This document shows positions 12,954 to 22,134 of a stretch of DNA of 64,000 nt, piece by piece (within the stretch, counting starts at the first letter, position 1; the number at the start of each line of letters is the position of its first letter). Under the pieces are notes generated by a model. That model did no database searches. It was not told the origin of the DNA and saw only the letters and a list, made by a program, of their open reading frames with translations. A program made the translations under genes and the position numbers. Location: positions 12,841-76,840 of the forward strand of contig NIVC01000664.1 in the NCBI GenBank assembly GCA_002269645.1, written 5' to 3'. The DNA comes from Macrostomum lignano (Eukaryota).

Positions 12954-13360
12954 ATGGAAATGAAACCTCGGACAGCGGAGCGATGGTCATGGAAGATAAT
13001 TTTCCTTTTCGTCTTCATGCTTTTAAGCCTAGGAGGAGTTCGGGCCGAGACCGAGTTGCAAGGCTCTGCGTCGAATCAAATGACCTACGGACTAGTCTGT
13101 GACCGATCGGTCGGACAGCAGGTATTCCGATTTCCAGAAGAAATCACCTGTCCAGAATTAAAAAGGAACCAGAATAGTGCAGAGCACAATAACTTTACGA
13201 TATTTAAGCCGAATACGCAAACATTCAATGGGAAAATGGTTGTATGTCATCGAGAAGAGATTCGTGTCGAAGCAAAGTGGTGGGGAACAGTGATGAATAT
13301 CCACCACAGCATTGTCTTCAAGGTTACACCCCATGAGGTTTTAAGTGAGAACTGCAAGCG
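12954..13360 (+). CDS. Env-like class III (rhabdovirus-G-like) glycoprotein N-terminus, 3'-truncated, in frame with gag
   Basis: Signal peptide RWSWKIIFLFVFMLLSLGGVRA; pattern TCP..KP..VCH..KWWG..IHHSI..TP..NCK parallels VSV-G CP..MP..MCH..RWYG..ITHSI..TP..QCK; cut by Maverick sequence at 13361. Confidence 0.65.
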
Positions 13361-14028
13361 ATGTTTGCGAAAGAGCCAATCACAGAGCCCGGAGTGGGAT
13401 GGGTGGTTTGTGGTGGTTCGGTCGAGGGTATATAAGCCCCGAAATTGACAAGAAAGAATTCTCAATTTTTCAAATCCAAAATTTCATCCGAACTTTTCCT
13501 CAGCTTTTAACTTTTGTGAGTTTTCAATTGCGAAAGGAAAATGGACATCTGTGAAGGCTATAAGGCACAAGTCCAGGAGTTTGAAGGACAAAAATTTATC
13601 GCTATTCGCAAGTTTTACCGACACGGCAGCACGGCAAGTCTGAAGCCAGGCGTCCCAGGATTCAACCTGAATGTTCACCAATGGAAGAAATTGAAGGAGG
13701 TGAAACGCTCACTTGTGATTTCTGCACGCAACAACGAGCCCAAGGTCGTGAAACTCGGCTTCGATAAGTTTGTGGAAGTCAAAGGCGGCATCATTTGGCT
13801 CAAACGGCTGCCGGAAGATTGCTGCGAGGAGTTTTTGAGACGAAACGCCGTACCACTGACTCCGCCGCTGTGGCAGAAGCTCTGGAAAATCGCCTCCTGG
13901 ATCGACGGTCAGCTGGTGGCTCCCTTGAGGAACTCAATGCAGTACGAGCTGGAGTCTGATGAGGAAGAGGAGGAAGAGGACAAGAAGCTCAAGTTGGAGG
14001 CTGACCAGGACACGAAGCCCATAATGGA
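13361..14028 (+). repeat. 668-bp inverted repeat, left arm (pairs with 24985-25652)
   Basis: Both arms are 668 bp; two substitutions seen in the promoter part; encoded protein identical up to ..DTKPIM. Confidence 0.95.
13376..13436 (+). promoter_or_regulatory. CCAAT box and TATATAAG promoter of the PC4-like gene
   Basis: CCAAT 13376-13380, TATATAAG 13429-13436, ATG 13541; mirrored at 25577-25584 on the minus strand. Confidence 0.6.
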
Positions 14029-14309
14029 GACTGATGAGGGCGAAGAGCATGCTGATGACGAGGACGTTAGCTCGCCCACAAGGCCGCGCATTGTGACTGA
14101 GCCTATCACATCCACACCGATACCTTCGGTTGATTCTGATGCTGGACTGCTTCCGCAGCGGGACAGCGGGACAACCTTGAGGAAGATCCGGTGTGGTATC
14201 AGTTCAGGGCGCATGCAGCGGCTTCGACGGTGAGCAGCAGCAGCAGGAAGCGAAAGCTGCCATTTCAACTTCGTCGGCAGGACGCGATGAGGCTGCCCAA
14301 TGTTCGCTT
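13541..14309 (+). CDS. Tandem PC4/Sub1-like ssDNA-binding/coactivator protein with acidic tail; frameshifted by an 8-bp duplication
   Basis: AQVQEFEGQKFIAIRKFY..PGVPGFNLNVHQWKKL matches PC4 VSVRDFKGKVLIDIREYW..PGRKGISLNPEQWSQL; second repeat LGFDKFVEV..AVPLTPPLWQKL..WID; GCGGGACA duplicated at 14158-14173, and removing one copy restores a frame ending SRKRKLPF..RFDN at TGA 14307-14309. Confidence 0.8.
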
Positions 14310-14645
14310 TGATAACTGAACAGCTAGAATGCTTTGAATGCATTGGACTAACTAAATTACTTTTAGCTTGCACATGATTATCCAGCCTATATCTGACGGC
14401 ACTATGCTGTTTTTTATCTCTGCTATTTCTGAAATGCTGGTGTGCGAGTGTTTTAGTGTTCGTTTTTATGGATTGTTTGCTTTCGGAAAATACACCGACT
14501 GTTACGATGTTAGAGGTTTCAATCTGACAGTAATAAATTAATTTGCCACTCGTTTCTCTATCATTTAATTGGAATATAAATTTCTACTTAAGAAAAAATA
14601 CTGTACAGCTAGAGCAGGTGGATAGGCACGTATCTTGATAAACCC

Positions 14646-15714
14646 ATGATGGAGAAAATTTATTTGAAACCTGAGCAACCGGCTAGTTTTTCTTGTGCCT
14701 CAAAGTTGCTGCATGAAGTGAGGCAAAGAGGTGATCGAATATCTGCAAAGAGCATTGAGCAGTGGCTCAGCGAGCAGCCAGTGCACACTCTGCACAAGCC
14801 AGCTAGGAGGCGATATCCAAGGGCCCCAATCATAGTGCGCGCAATCGATGATCAGTGGGAACTTGACTTAGTGGAAATGATTCCATTCGCAAAGCATAAT
14901 AAAGGCTACAAATATATTCTCACATGGATTGACGTGCTCTCAAAATGTGCTTGGGCCAAGGCACTGAAAAAAAATCTGCTGCAGAAGTGAAGTCAGCATT
15001 CGAGAGCATACTGAGAAGTTCAAAGCGCCAGCCACGCACAGTTCGCACAGATCAGGGGAAGGAATTTATCAACTCTACTTTCCGTCAATACTGCATTGAC
15101 AGAGGGATTCTGGCTTTCCCAACTAACAGCGAGCAGAAGGCGGCTGTCATTGAGCGATGGAATCGGACTCTGAAAAGTAGAATGTGGCGCTACTTCACCT
15201 ACAAGAGCACACTGCACTGGCTTGATGTGCTGCCTAAGCTGGTAAAATCCTACAACAATACCTACCACAGAAGCATCAAAATGGCACCCACTAGTGTCTG
15301 CAAAGAGAATGAATCTGAAGTGTGGATGAACCTGTACGATGGAAAAGCAGCCGAGACTCTAGAAAAATTAAAGAAGCCTAAGTTCGCTGAAAACCAGTCA
15401 GTGAGAATTTCCAATGCTCCACGGCTATTCAAAAAGGGATACAAAGCGAGCTGGAGTGAGGAAGTGTACACCGTGGTGAGCAGAGCCCCAAAACATTACC
15501 CTACATGTACAAGATTAAAGACATGCGGGGGCAAGAGATTCGAGGACTCTTCCATGAGCACGAGCTGCAGGCTGTCCCGGACTCACAGCGGCTGTATGTG
15601 ATTGAGAAGATCCTGAAAACGGAGAAGCGGAAGGGAAAGATTCGCTATCTGGTGAAGTGGGCCGGCTACGACTCGACTGGCTGGGTGGATGAAAAAGACT
15701 TAAGAAAGGTTTAG
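14646..15714 (+). CDS. Retroviral-type (rve) integrase with C-terminal chromodomain; two frameshifts
   Basis: WELDL / TDQGKEF / IERWNRTLK DDE triad; YNNTYHRSIKMAP; YLVKWAGYD chromodomain. Confidence 0.92.
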
Positions 15715-15751
15715 CTTTGGCACATCCCTCATCATGAAGTTTATCTTTATA

Positions 15752-16560
15752 ATGCGAACTATTTTGATTAACAGTGAGCATGCTGAAGGTACTCCTTGTG
15801 ACTTTAATTTTTACCTGCCTTCACCTATTTACTTGGATCGAAATGTGGACTATGAGGCAGGTCTGGCTGAAATCCATCTGCCTGCTGCATGGTTCAATGT
15901 TGACGAGCCTTACTGCTTCACTGTCTCAGATGGAAGAGAGCATGAGGCCCTGGTTCTTCAACCCGGACGCTTTGCTAGAGTGGAGGAGCTGGTGGAGCGC
16001 TGAATGAGCTGCTGGCCAACTCTGATTCGCTGTTCTTTGATGCAATGAGTGACAGGGAGTCTGAGATGGAGGCTGATGAGTCCGGCCTGATGGGGCGTAG
16101 TGGCAACAGGGAATTTGGTATGAAGTTCGAAATCCGCAACTCACGAACTGTGGTGCACAACAACACTGCGAGAGCAGAGCTGTTTCTTCCATCTAGCAAA
16201 ATTCTGCATTGGCTGGGATTTGGAAACCAGGCTGTGAAAATCCAGCCAGGGAGCCGCGTGTCCGAGCATTGCACTGGCTGCCCGCGCACCAGCTTAATCA
16301 ATGTGCACTGCAGTATCGTTGAGTCAACTAATTGCAACTGGAGCTCCTTGTTGAGAACAGTTGGAATGAAAGCCGGCATTGAATGGGGCAACTATCAAAC
16401 AAAAATATTTAAGAAAACAATATTCTTCCCGATTCAACGAATCAGTCTTCTCCACAGCATTCGAGTTCAGCTCCGTGACATCTATGGAACAGACAGACTC
16501 ACAGCCCTGTTCTGCTTACAGTTCAAATTCAGGAGAAACGCATTCAATGAACTACCAGCA
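15752..16560 (+). CDS. Minor capsid (penton-like) protein, frameshifted
   Basis: MRTILINSE..CDFNFYLPSPIYLD..YEAGLAEIHLPAAWFN; INVHCSIVE..LLRTV..YQ..FFPI..IRVQLRD; position between integrase and major capsid gene. Confidence 0.7.
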
Positions 16561-16897
16561 GCTAATCCAGCAATATTCGGGGGTGAGGACAGGACACGAA
16601 AAGCCTGCACTCTATGGCTGTGGGAGCTTCCCAGGGATCATGACATACCAGCCTCCGCCAGCGGCTATATCATCATCATCAGCCTCGACGCTTAGCAACG
16701 TCAGGCGCAAAAGAAATACTGAAGCAAGTCCGAAACGATTGAAGAAAAGAAGGGCACCCGAAAGGCAACTGGTGGAAATCGCAGTAAGAGGTCGAGCAAG
16801 GCTAGTGGGAAAAAGCTTAAGAATAGGAAGACGAAAGCAAAGAAGAATAGAGCAGGCGGAGGAAAGCGAAAGCAAAAAGTCAGCAAGAAAACTGTGA
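16547..16897 (+). CDS. Small Arg/Lys-rich putative core (DNA-condensing) protein
   Basis: 116 aa, very basic C-terminal half; LYGCG at 16610-16624 fits the adenain (M/I/L)XGX-G consensus; lies between penton and hexon. Confidence 0.6.
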   Translation: MNYQQLIQQYSGVRTGHEKPALYGCGSFPGIMTYQPPPAAISSSSASTLSNVRRKRNTEASPKRLKKRRAPERQLVEIAVRGRARLVGKSLRIGRRKQRRIEQAEESESKKSARKL

Positions 16898-16925
16898 AAC
16901 GCGTGCTCGACTCTCTGTCATAGAC

Positions 16926-18204
16926 ATGGCTTACGGATTCAATCCCAGACTTGATTTATTTAAGACGCCCGTTCTACAAACCTGCATTGAAAAAGCTACT
17001 TATGTTGATATTCACCCAGTTAATTCCATTGTTGCAAACTCTCCCATTGAATTTGACTGCCACCAATCTGCCGATGAATATACAGATCTGCTAATTCTTT
17101 TCTTTATATTCGCTGCCGCCTTGTGAGACTGGATGGGGGTTGCTGAGGGAGGATGTTCGAGATGGAGATGGCATCATCACCGAGCGCAGAGACAGTGACG
17201 TGCACCCAGAAAATTTTGTTCTGTCTACAGTCTTCTCAGATGTAATTGTGAGCATTAACCAGCGAGTGGTGTCTGGTGGAGACCAGCTCTATCCCTACCA
17301 TGCGTACTTCAAAGCACTAATGAGCTCATCTGATGCCCAGCAACTAAAACTTTACCCTGCTGGCTTCCTGGAGCCGAACTCGGCAGCTGAAGAGCACACG
17401 GAGAGCCACAGGGAATCCCATGGATGGAGTATGCGGGGCCGCTCTTCAGCGATGTTTTCCAGTGCCCAGTGTTTCTGCTAACAATCTGCACTTGCACATC
17501 AAACTGGTGCCCAGCGATGGGGCCTTTGCCATCAGAACCCCGAATGCAAACAACGCGGCATACCGAATGGAAATCTCTCACAGCATTCTGCATCTTCGCC
17601 GAGTCAAAGTGGTGCCCCACATCAGCCTGGCCCATGAGCAGGGGCTGACAAACCAAAATGCACTGTATCCCATCGAGCGAACTGAAATGCAGAACTTCAT
17701 CCTACCCCAGGGTATTCAGTCAAAAAACATTGAAGGATTCACTCATGGAAAATTGCCGAAGTTCATCATGCTGGCCTTCGTGAGCCACCGAGCATTCAAC
17801 GGTCATCATCACGCGAGCCCGTTCCAGTTCCAGAGCTTCAACCTTAGCCGATTGGCTCTAAAGAAAGGTGGGGAAACCGTGTGCCACGGCGCCTTCACAC
17901 CTGAAAACAATTCCTTTGTAAGAGAATACTTGCACTACCTGAAAAGCTGTCAATCTGCAAGCCACACAAACTCGGTTCCGTGGATCCCCTACCAGCTCTT
18001 CTCCAACAACAGCACGGTGTTTGCATTCGATCTCACACCAGAGGAGCGGCTCTGTGGTACGGACAGAAGGAGGGCAACCTGCGGCTGGAGATTCGCTTCC
18101 AACAGGCTCTGAATGAAGCGGTGTCCCTGATTGCTATGTGCCTGTATGACTCGCTGATTGAGGTCACCAAGCACCGAGAGCTTTTGCTGGACTATTCATC
18201 TTAA
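16926..18204 (+). CDS. Major capsid protein (double jelly-roll, hexon-like); several frameshifts
   Basis: LDLFKTPVLQTCIEKATYVDIHPVNS..PIEF; LYPYHAYF; LHLRRVKV..ALYPIERTEM..GKLPKFIMLAFV..AFNG..PFQFQSFN; FAFDLTP; GNLRLEIRFQQAL. Confidence 0.88.
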
Positions 18205-18209
18205 TTGAC

Positions 18210-18722
18210 ATGGATGCAATTCAACTACTTAATCTCGCCAGAAAATTTTTGCCTTACCAAAAATTTCTCATAGTTACTTTACATTTGCGCTATAAAATTT
18301 CTCTGCCCTTGAATGTAAAAAGAAAATTTAGATCATCAATTTCCTTTGAAAACAAGTTTGTTTTTGTCCTACTTCAGCACAATGGCTCATTTGGTCACTG
18401 GGTGGTGTGCTATGTTGGGCAAGGAAATCGCATTGAGTTGTTCAACTCCCTCGGCTGGGAACCTGAAATTTTATCTTTGGTTTATAATTTGTTTCGAGAG
18501 ATTAAAACAACTGGCTTTTGTCTCCGAAGCAATATAAACAGATTTCAATGTGCTAACTCTAATAAATGCGGAATGTTTTGCATCTATTTTGCTTATCAAA
18601 AGTTTCTGTTCAATCGGTCATTTGAGGGGATTTTGAAGCATTTGCATGCTAATGAAAAAAATCATTTGAATGATAGAATCTTACAGAGGTTTGAAGCCAA
18701 CTTAAGAAAAAGATGTCCGTGA
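18210..18722 (+). CDS. Adenain/Ulp1-like cysteine protease
   Basis: GHWVVCY..IELFNSLG..QCANSNKCGMFCIYF (His, acid position, Gln, Cys). Confidence 0.85.
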   Translation: MDAIQLLNLARKFLPYQKFLIVTLHLRYKISLPLNVKRKFRSSISFENKFVFVLLQHNGSFGHWVVCYVGQGNRIELFNSLGWEPEILSLVYNLFREIKTTGFCLRSNINRFQCANSNKCGMFCIYFAYQKFLFNRSFEGILKHLHANEKNHLNDRILQRFEANLRKRCP

Positions 18723-19393
18723 TTTCTAATATTTATGCATTAAACATGGGAGAAAAGCAAGTTTGCTACGATATCCGCCTCAGGCAGGGAAGCTGCATGA
18801 TTGTCTGCGGGCCCACCAATGCAGGAAAAACAACCTTTGTCAAACACCTGATCCAGTACAGAGACGTCATGTTTGATGTGAAGCCTGGCAGAGTTCTGTG
18901 GTACTATGGGATCTCACAGGCAGGCCATGCAGAACTGAGCAGCCTAGGTGTGCAGCTGCGCCAGGGATTTCCCACCAACATCGAGGCAGCACTTAGGCCC
19001 AATGACCTGGTTGTTTTCGATGACTTAATAGAGGAAACTTCAAACTCTGCTTCAATGCGAAATTTTTTCACAGGAATCGCACATCACTTGCCGTGCTTCT
19101 TGGTGATGCTGACTCAGAATATATTTTTCAAGGGAAAAGAGTCGCGAACAATGAGCTTGAATGTAATGTATTTAGCTATCTTGAAAAACCCCAGAGACCA
19201 GCTGCAGATTGCAGCACTGGGCAGGCAGTGCTTTACAGAGAAGCCCGGCTTTCTGCTGTCAGTGTTCAAGCACGTGACCGCGCAGGGCAGGGGAGCCTAC
19301 CTGTTCCTGGATTTTCATCCATCAACTCCCGATGAGCTGCGAGTGCGGGCCAGAATTTTACCCAACCAGCGACCCCATCTTGTATTTGCTTAA
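18713..19393 (+). CDS. A32/FtsK-like genome-packaging ATPase
   Basis: Walker A GPTNAGKT; Walker B VVFDDL; AHH..MLTQNIF..RTMSLN..KNPRD. Confidence 0.92.
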   Translation: MSVISNIYALNMGEKQVCYDIRLRQGSCMIVCGPTNAGKTTFVKHLIQYRDVMFDVKPGRVLWYYGISQAGHAELSSLGVQLRQGFPTNIEAALRPNDLVVFDDLIEETSNSASMRNFFTGIAHHLPCFLVMLTQNIFFKGKESRTMSLNVMYLAILKNPRDQLQIAALGRQCFTEKPGFLLSVFKHVTAQGRGAYLFLDFHPSTPDELRVRARILPNQRPHLVFA

Positions 19394-19434
19394 GAAAGTG
19401 AAGCTTGTTTTTATCAGCTATTGTTTTCATCGCT

Positions 19435-19737
19435 ATGGAAGTGCTTGATTCATATGCAAGTCTGTTTGCGGTTCTTGCGTCACCTAAATATACCGTGCGC
19501 TTCAAGCGGCTGTTGATAAAAAATTGTCCAAAAGAAGTGCGTTATTTTCTTGTCGAGGCCTGCCATAATCTCTTACAAAACAATCTATCGTTTTCGCTCG
19601 ATGAAAAAGCTGTTCTTGCAAAGTCAAAAGAGATAATTCGAAAAATTACTCACAAAAGAAGAAAGACAGACTTGTTGAAGGCTGGCTTCATCAAAATACT
19701 CCCGATTCTGCTTAAGCTGGTAAAGAAAAGAAGCAAA
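19435..19737 (+). CDS. Conserved Maverick small ORF (basic, hydrophobic C-terminus)
   Basis: LVEACHNLLQNNL..LAKSKEIIRKI..KAGFIKILPILL resembles the small ORF typically following the ATPase; stop before the next gene is lost. Confidence 0.55.
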
Positions 19738-20429
19738 ATGAACAAATTTTCAGAAATGGTTCTGATTCCTAAAGCAGAGTATGAGATGTTGATGCAGAAT
19801 TTGAAGCCAAATGAGAATACACTGAAGCTGACTTGAAGCAGGCTCAGAAGAAATGCGATGACATCTTGTATGCCGAAGATTGTCCAGAAGATGTGAAAAC
19901 CGCCATGTACCAAAGTGCAATGCAAAGTTTGCTGGCCAAGCGCAAGCACGCTGGAAAAGAAGGAGCACGCAATACTGAAGCCAAGTTGATGAAAACAGAG
20001 ACACCCCAGATGAGCACCTGGGAAGAGAAGATCAGCAAGTCGGTGCCACAGAAATTCAAAACCAGGGCTCGCAGTCTGTGGACGATCCTGTCCACCAATC
20101 CAGAGCTGATTCGAGTTTGTGAAAACGGGGAGGTGGAAATCGCAGGCACGTCAATCCCTTCCTCAAACATACTGGACTTGATTCAGCACACAGTGAGGGA
20201 TTCGCCATGTGAGCGTGAACCAGTTGGGTGGAACGAGTTCATCGATTTTCTGCAGCAGAAAAAGCTTAATGTTCCGCTTTCCGCTATTGGTAAATCAGTT
20301 AAGAAGAAAATGGCAACCAGCAGAGGGGGTGAACTGGAGAAAGAACAGGAGAGTCTAGTCAAGGGGTACGGGAGCAACACAGCCTGGCTGAAACTGCCCG
20401 GAAGAAAAGTATATAAGAAGGTGGACTGA
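19738..20429 (+). CDS. Conserved Maverick protein (PW-like), frameshifted near 19833
   Basis: MVLIPKAEYE; NGEVEIAGTSIPSSNILDLI..PVGWNEF..NVPLSAIG. Confidence 0.65.
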
Positions 20430-20458
20430 CTCCGAAATTTTCGAAGGAAAGCTGCATC

Positions 20459-20893
20459 ATGAACTACATTGACTTCCAGGGATTCCCGTGCAACAGCACA
20501 AGCAAAAAATTTGTTGTGAAGGAGTTGGCAGTTGTTCAAATCAGAGCGGGGAGCTACCGCATTGCTCACCATGTGTACGCACCTCCGTATCCATGGGAGA
20601 GAGTCTCACCTGACATGCGAGTTTACTACAGACAGCTATCTAAGAGTCTGCACCAGTTTAAGTGGAATGATGGAACCCGTCCGTACATGGAACTGGCGGA
20701 AGACATTCTGAGCATTGCCAGTGGTCCGATCTGGTCAAATGGGGAAAGGAAGTCGATTTTTCTGACTGAGCTGCTTGGAAGACAGGTTTATAACCTAGAA
20801 GATTTGGGAGCACCTTCGATTGAAGATTCAGATACTGGCTGTGCAGTGAGAAATTCATTGCTGCACTACAGTCGGCTTAAGCCAAAGTTCTGA
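20459..20893 (+). CDS. DEDD-like 3'-5' exonuclease-fold accessory protein
   Basis: YIDFQGF..FVVKELAV, GERKSIFL, VYNLEDLG motifs resemble a nuclease-like ORF seen in Mavericks and large DNA viruses; TATATAAG at 20410. Confidence 0.55.
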   Translation: MNYIDFQGFPCNSTSKKFVVKELAVVQIRAGSYRIAHHVYAPPYPWERVSPDMRVYYRQLSKSLHQFKWNDGTRPYMELAEDILSIASGPIWSNGERKSIFLTELLGRQVYNLEDLGAPSIEDSDTGCAVRNSLLHYSRLKPKF

Positions 20894-20979
20894 AATCAAC
20901 TTAAGAAGCGAGCAGTGTCCGTGGCACACGAGCAGTAAAGTTGGCAGAAGCAGATTTGGTGAAGAAGTTGACGATCGAA

Positions 20980-21553
20980 ATGAGCCCACCAGCTACAGCC
21001 CTAAGAGTGACCAATCTGGTTGGCGGAGTAGATCTGAGACTGGATGGTGGCAGGGGCGCCCCAGCTGCCTCTACGGGAACTGGCTCTCAGCATGGCTCAT
21101 GTGATCTACCGGCCCGTCTGGCCCCGGGTGCTCATCAAGCGGATGCGGATTCCCAGAGTGACTCTGTTACTCTACCCTACTGGGCAACTGAGCATCTGCG
21201 GTGCCAAGACCCACGCAGACGCCAAAAGGGCTGCCCGTCGCTTCGTGGCTATGCTGCATCGGAGAGTGCCGGCTCAACTGCTGCCTCATCAAACAATTTG
21301 TGTTCGAATTAAAACTATCACTGCTCATGGACAGCTCCCAGTTCATTCCGCACTTTCCTTATTAATGTTAAAATCAATTATCCCAAACGCCGAATATGAA
21401 CCAGAATCCTTTTCTGCTTTAATTTTCAATTTAAACTTTTGTAAATGTCTGCTTTTTCACAGCGGCTCTTTTGTTCTCAGTGGAGCTCGGTCCTTGAATC
21501 AGTTGCATACCGATAGCATGCGTCTACTCAATGTAGTTCTTTCCATTGAATAA
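20980..21553 (+). CDS. TATA-binding-protein (TBP)-fold protein, core only, 190 aa after removing one extra base near 21060
   Basis: VTNLVGGVDL..LPLRELAL..IYRP..RMRIPRVTLLLYPTGQLSICGAKTHADAKRAARRF (repeat 1); AEYEPESFSALIF..LLFHSGSFVLSGARS (repeat 2); intronless; AATAAA at ~21555. Confidence 0.88.
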
Positions 21554-22134
21554 AAATAAAAGTCAAGTCAAGCAATTTGCCGCAAATATTTCAATGATTA
21601 GTGAAAAGTGAATAAAAGGATAAACTTGGTATTCTTTACATTCATTTTCCCAGGCAGACAGCTATGGAACACTTCAAAAACGTATTTAGCCCATCACCAA
21701 AAGTATCGCAAAACGCATATCAAATCCGAAAGTAAACAATACTACCATCGTTATAACAAACGATGTGCACCGAGAGAAGAGAAATAGAAAAGTGATAGAG
21801 AAAATTTGATTAAAACGCTGATTGAATTTACAGGAACAATTTATGTCAGATAAAAACCAAAAACACATTTTAAACAAGTAGTACACAAAGCAAAAAAAAT
21901 GAATTAATATTGTATGAGCGCACTTGCCACAGCTTTATAAAAAGTAAAACTTAAATTGATATCAATATTTCACGCCGCAAAAACAAATTGACAGCTAAAT
22001 CTAGCGCAATTAGCCAAGCATACAAATTTGTAAATGTTACTACATGCAAGTCACTACATTTTAAAACAGAATTTGGCAATTTAAACAACTCTAAAAGCAA
22101 GAAAAAGTACTAAACAGTCTGTTAAACACCCGCA

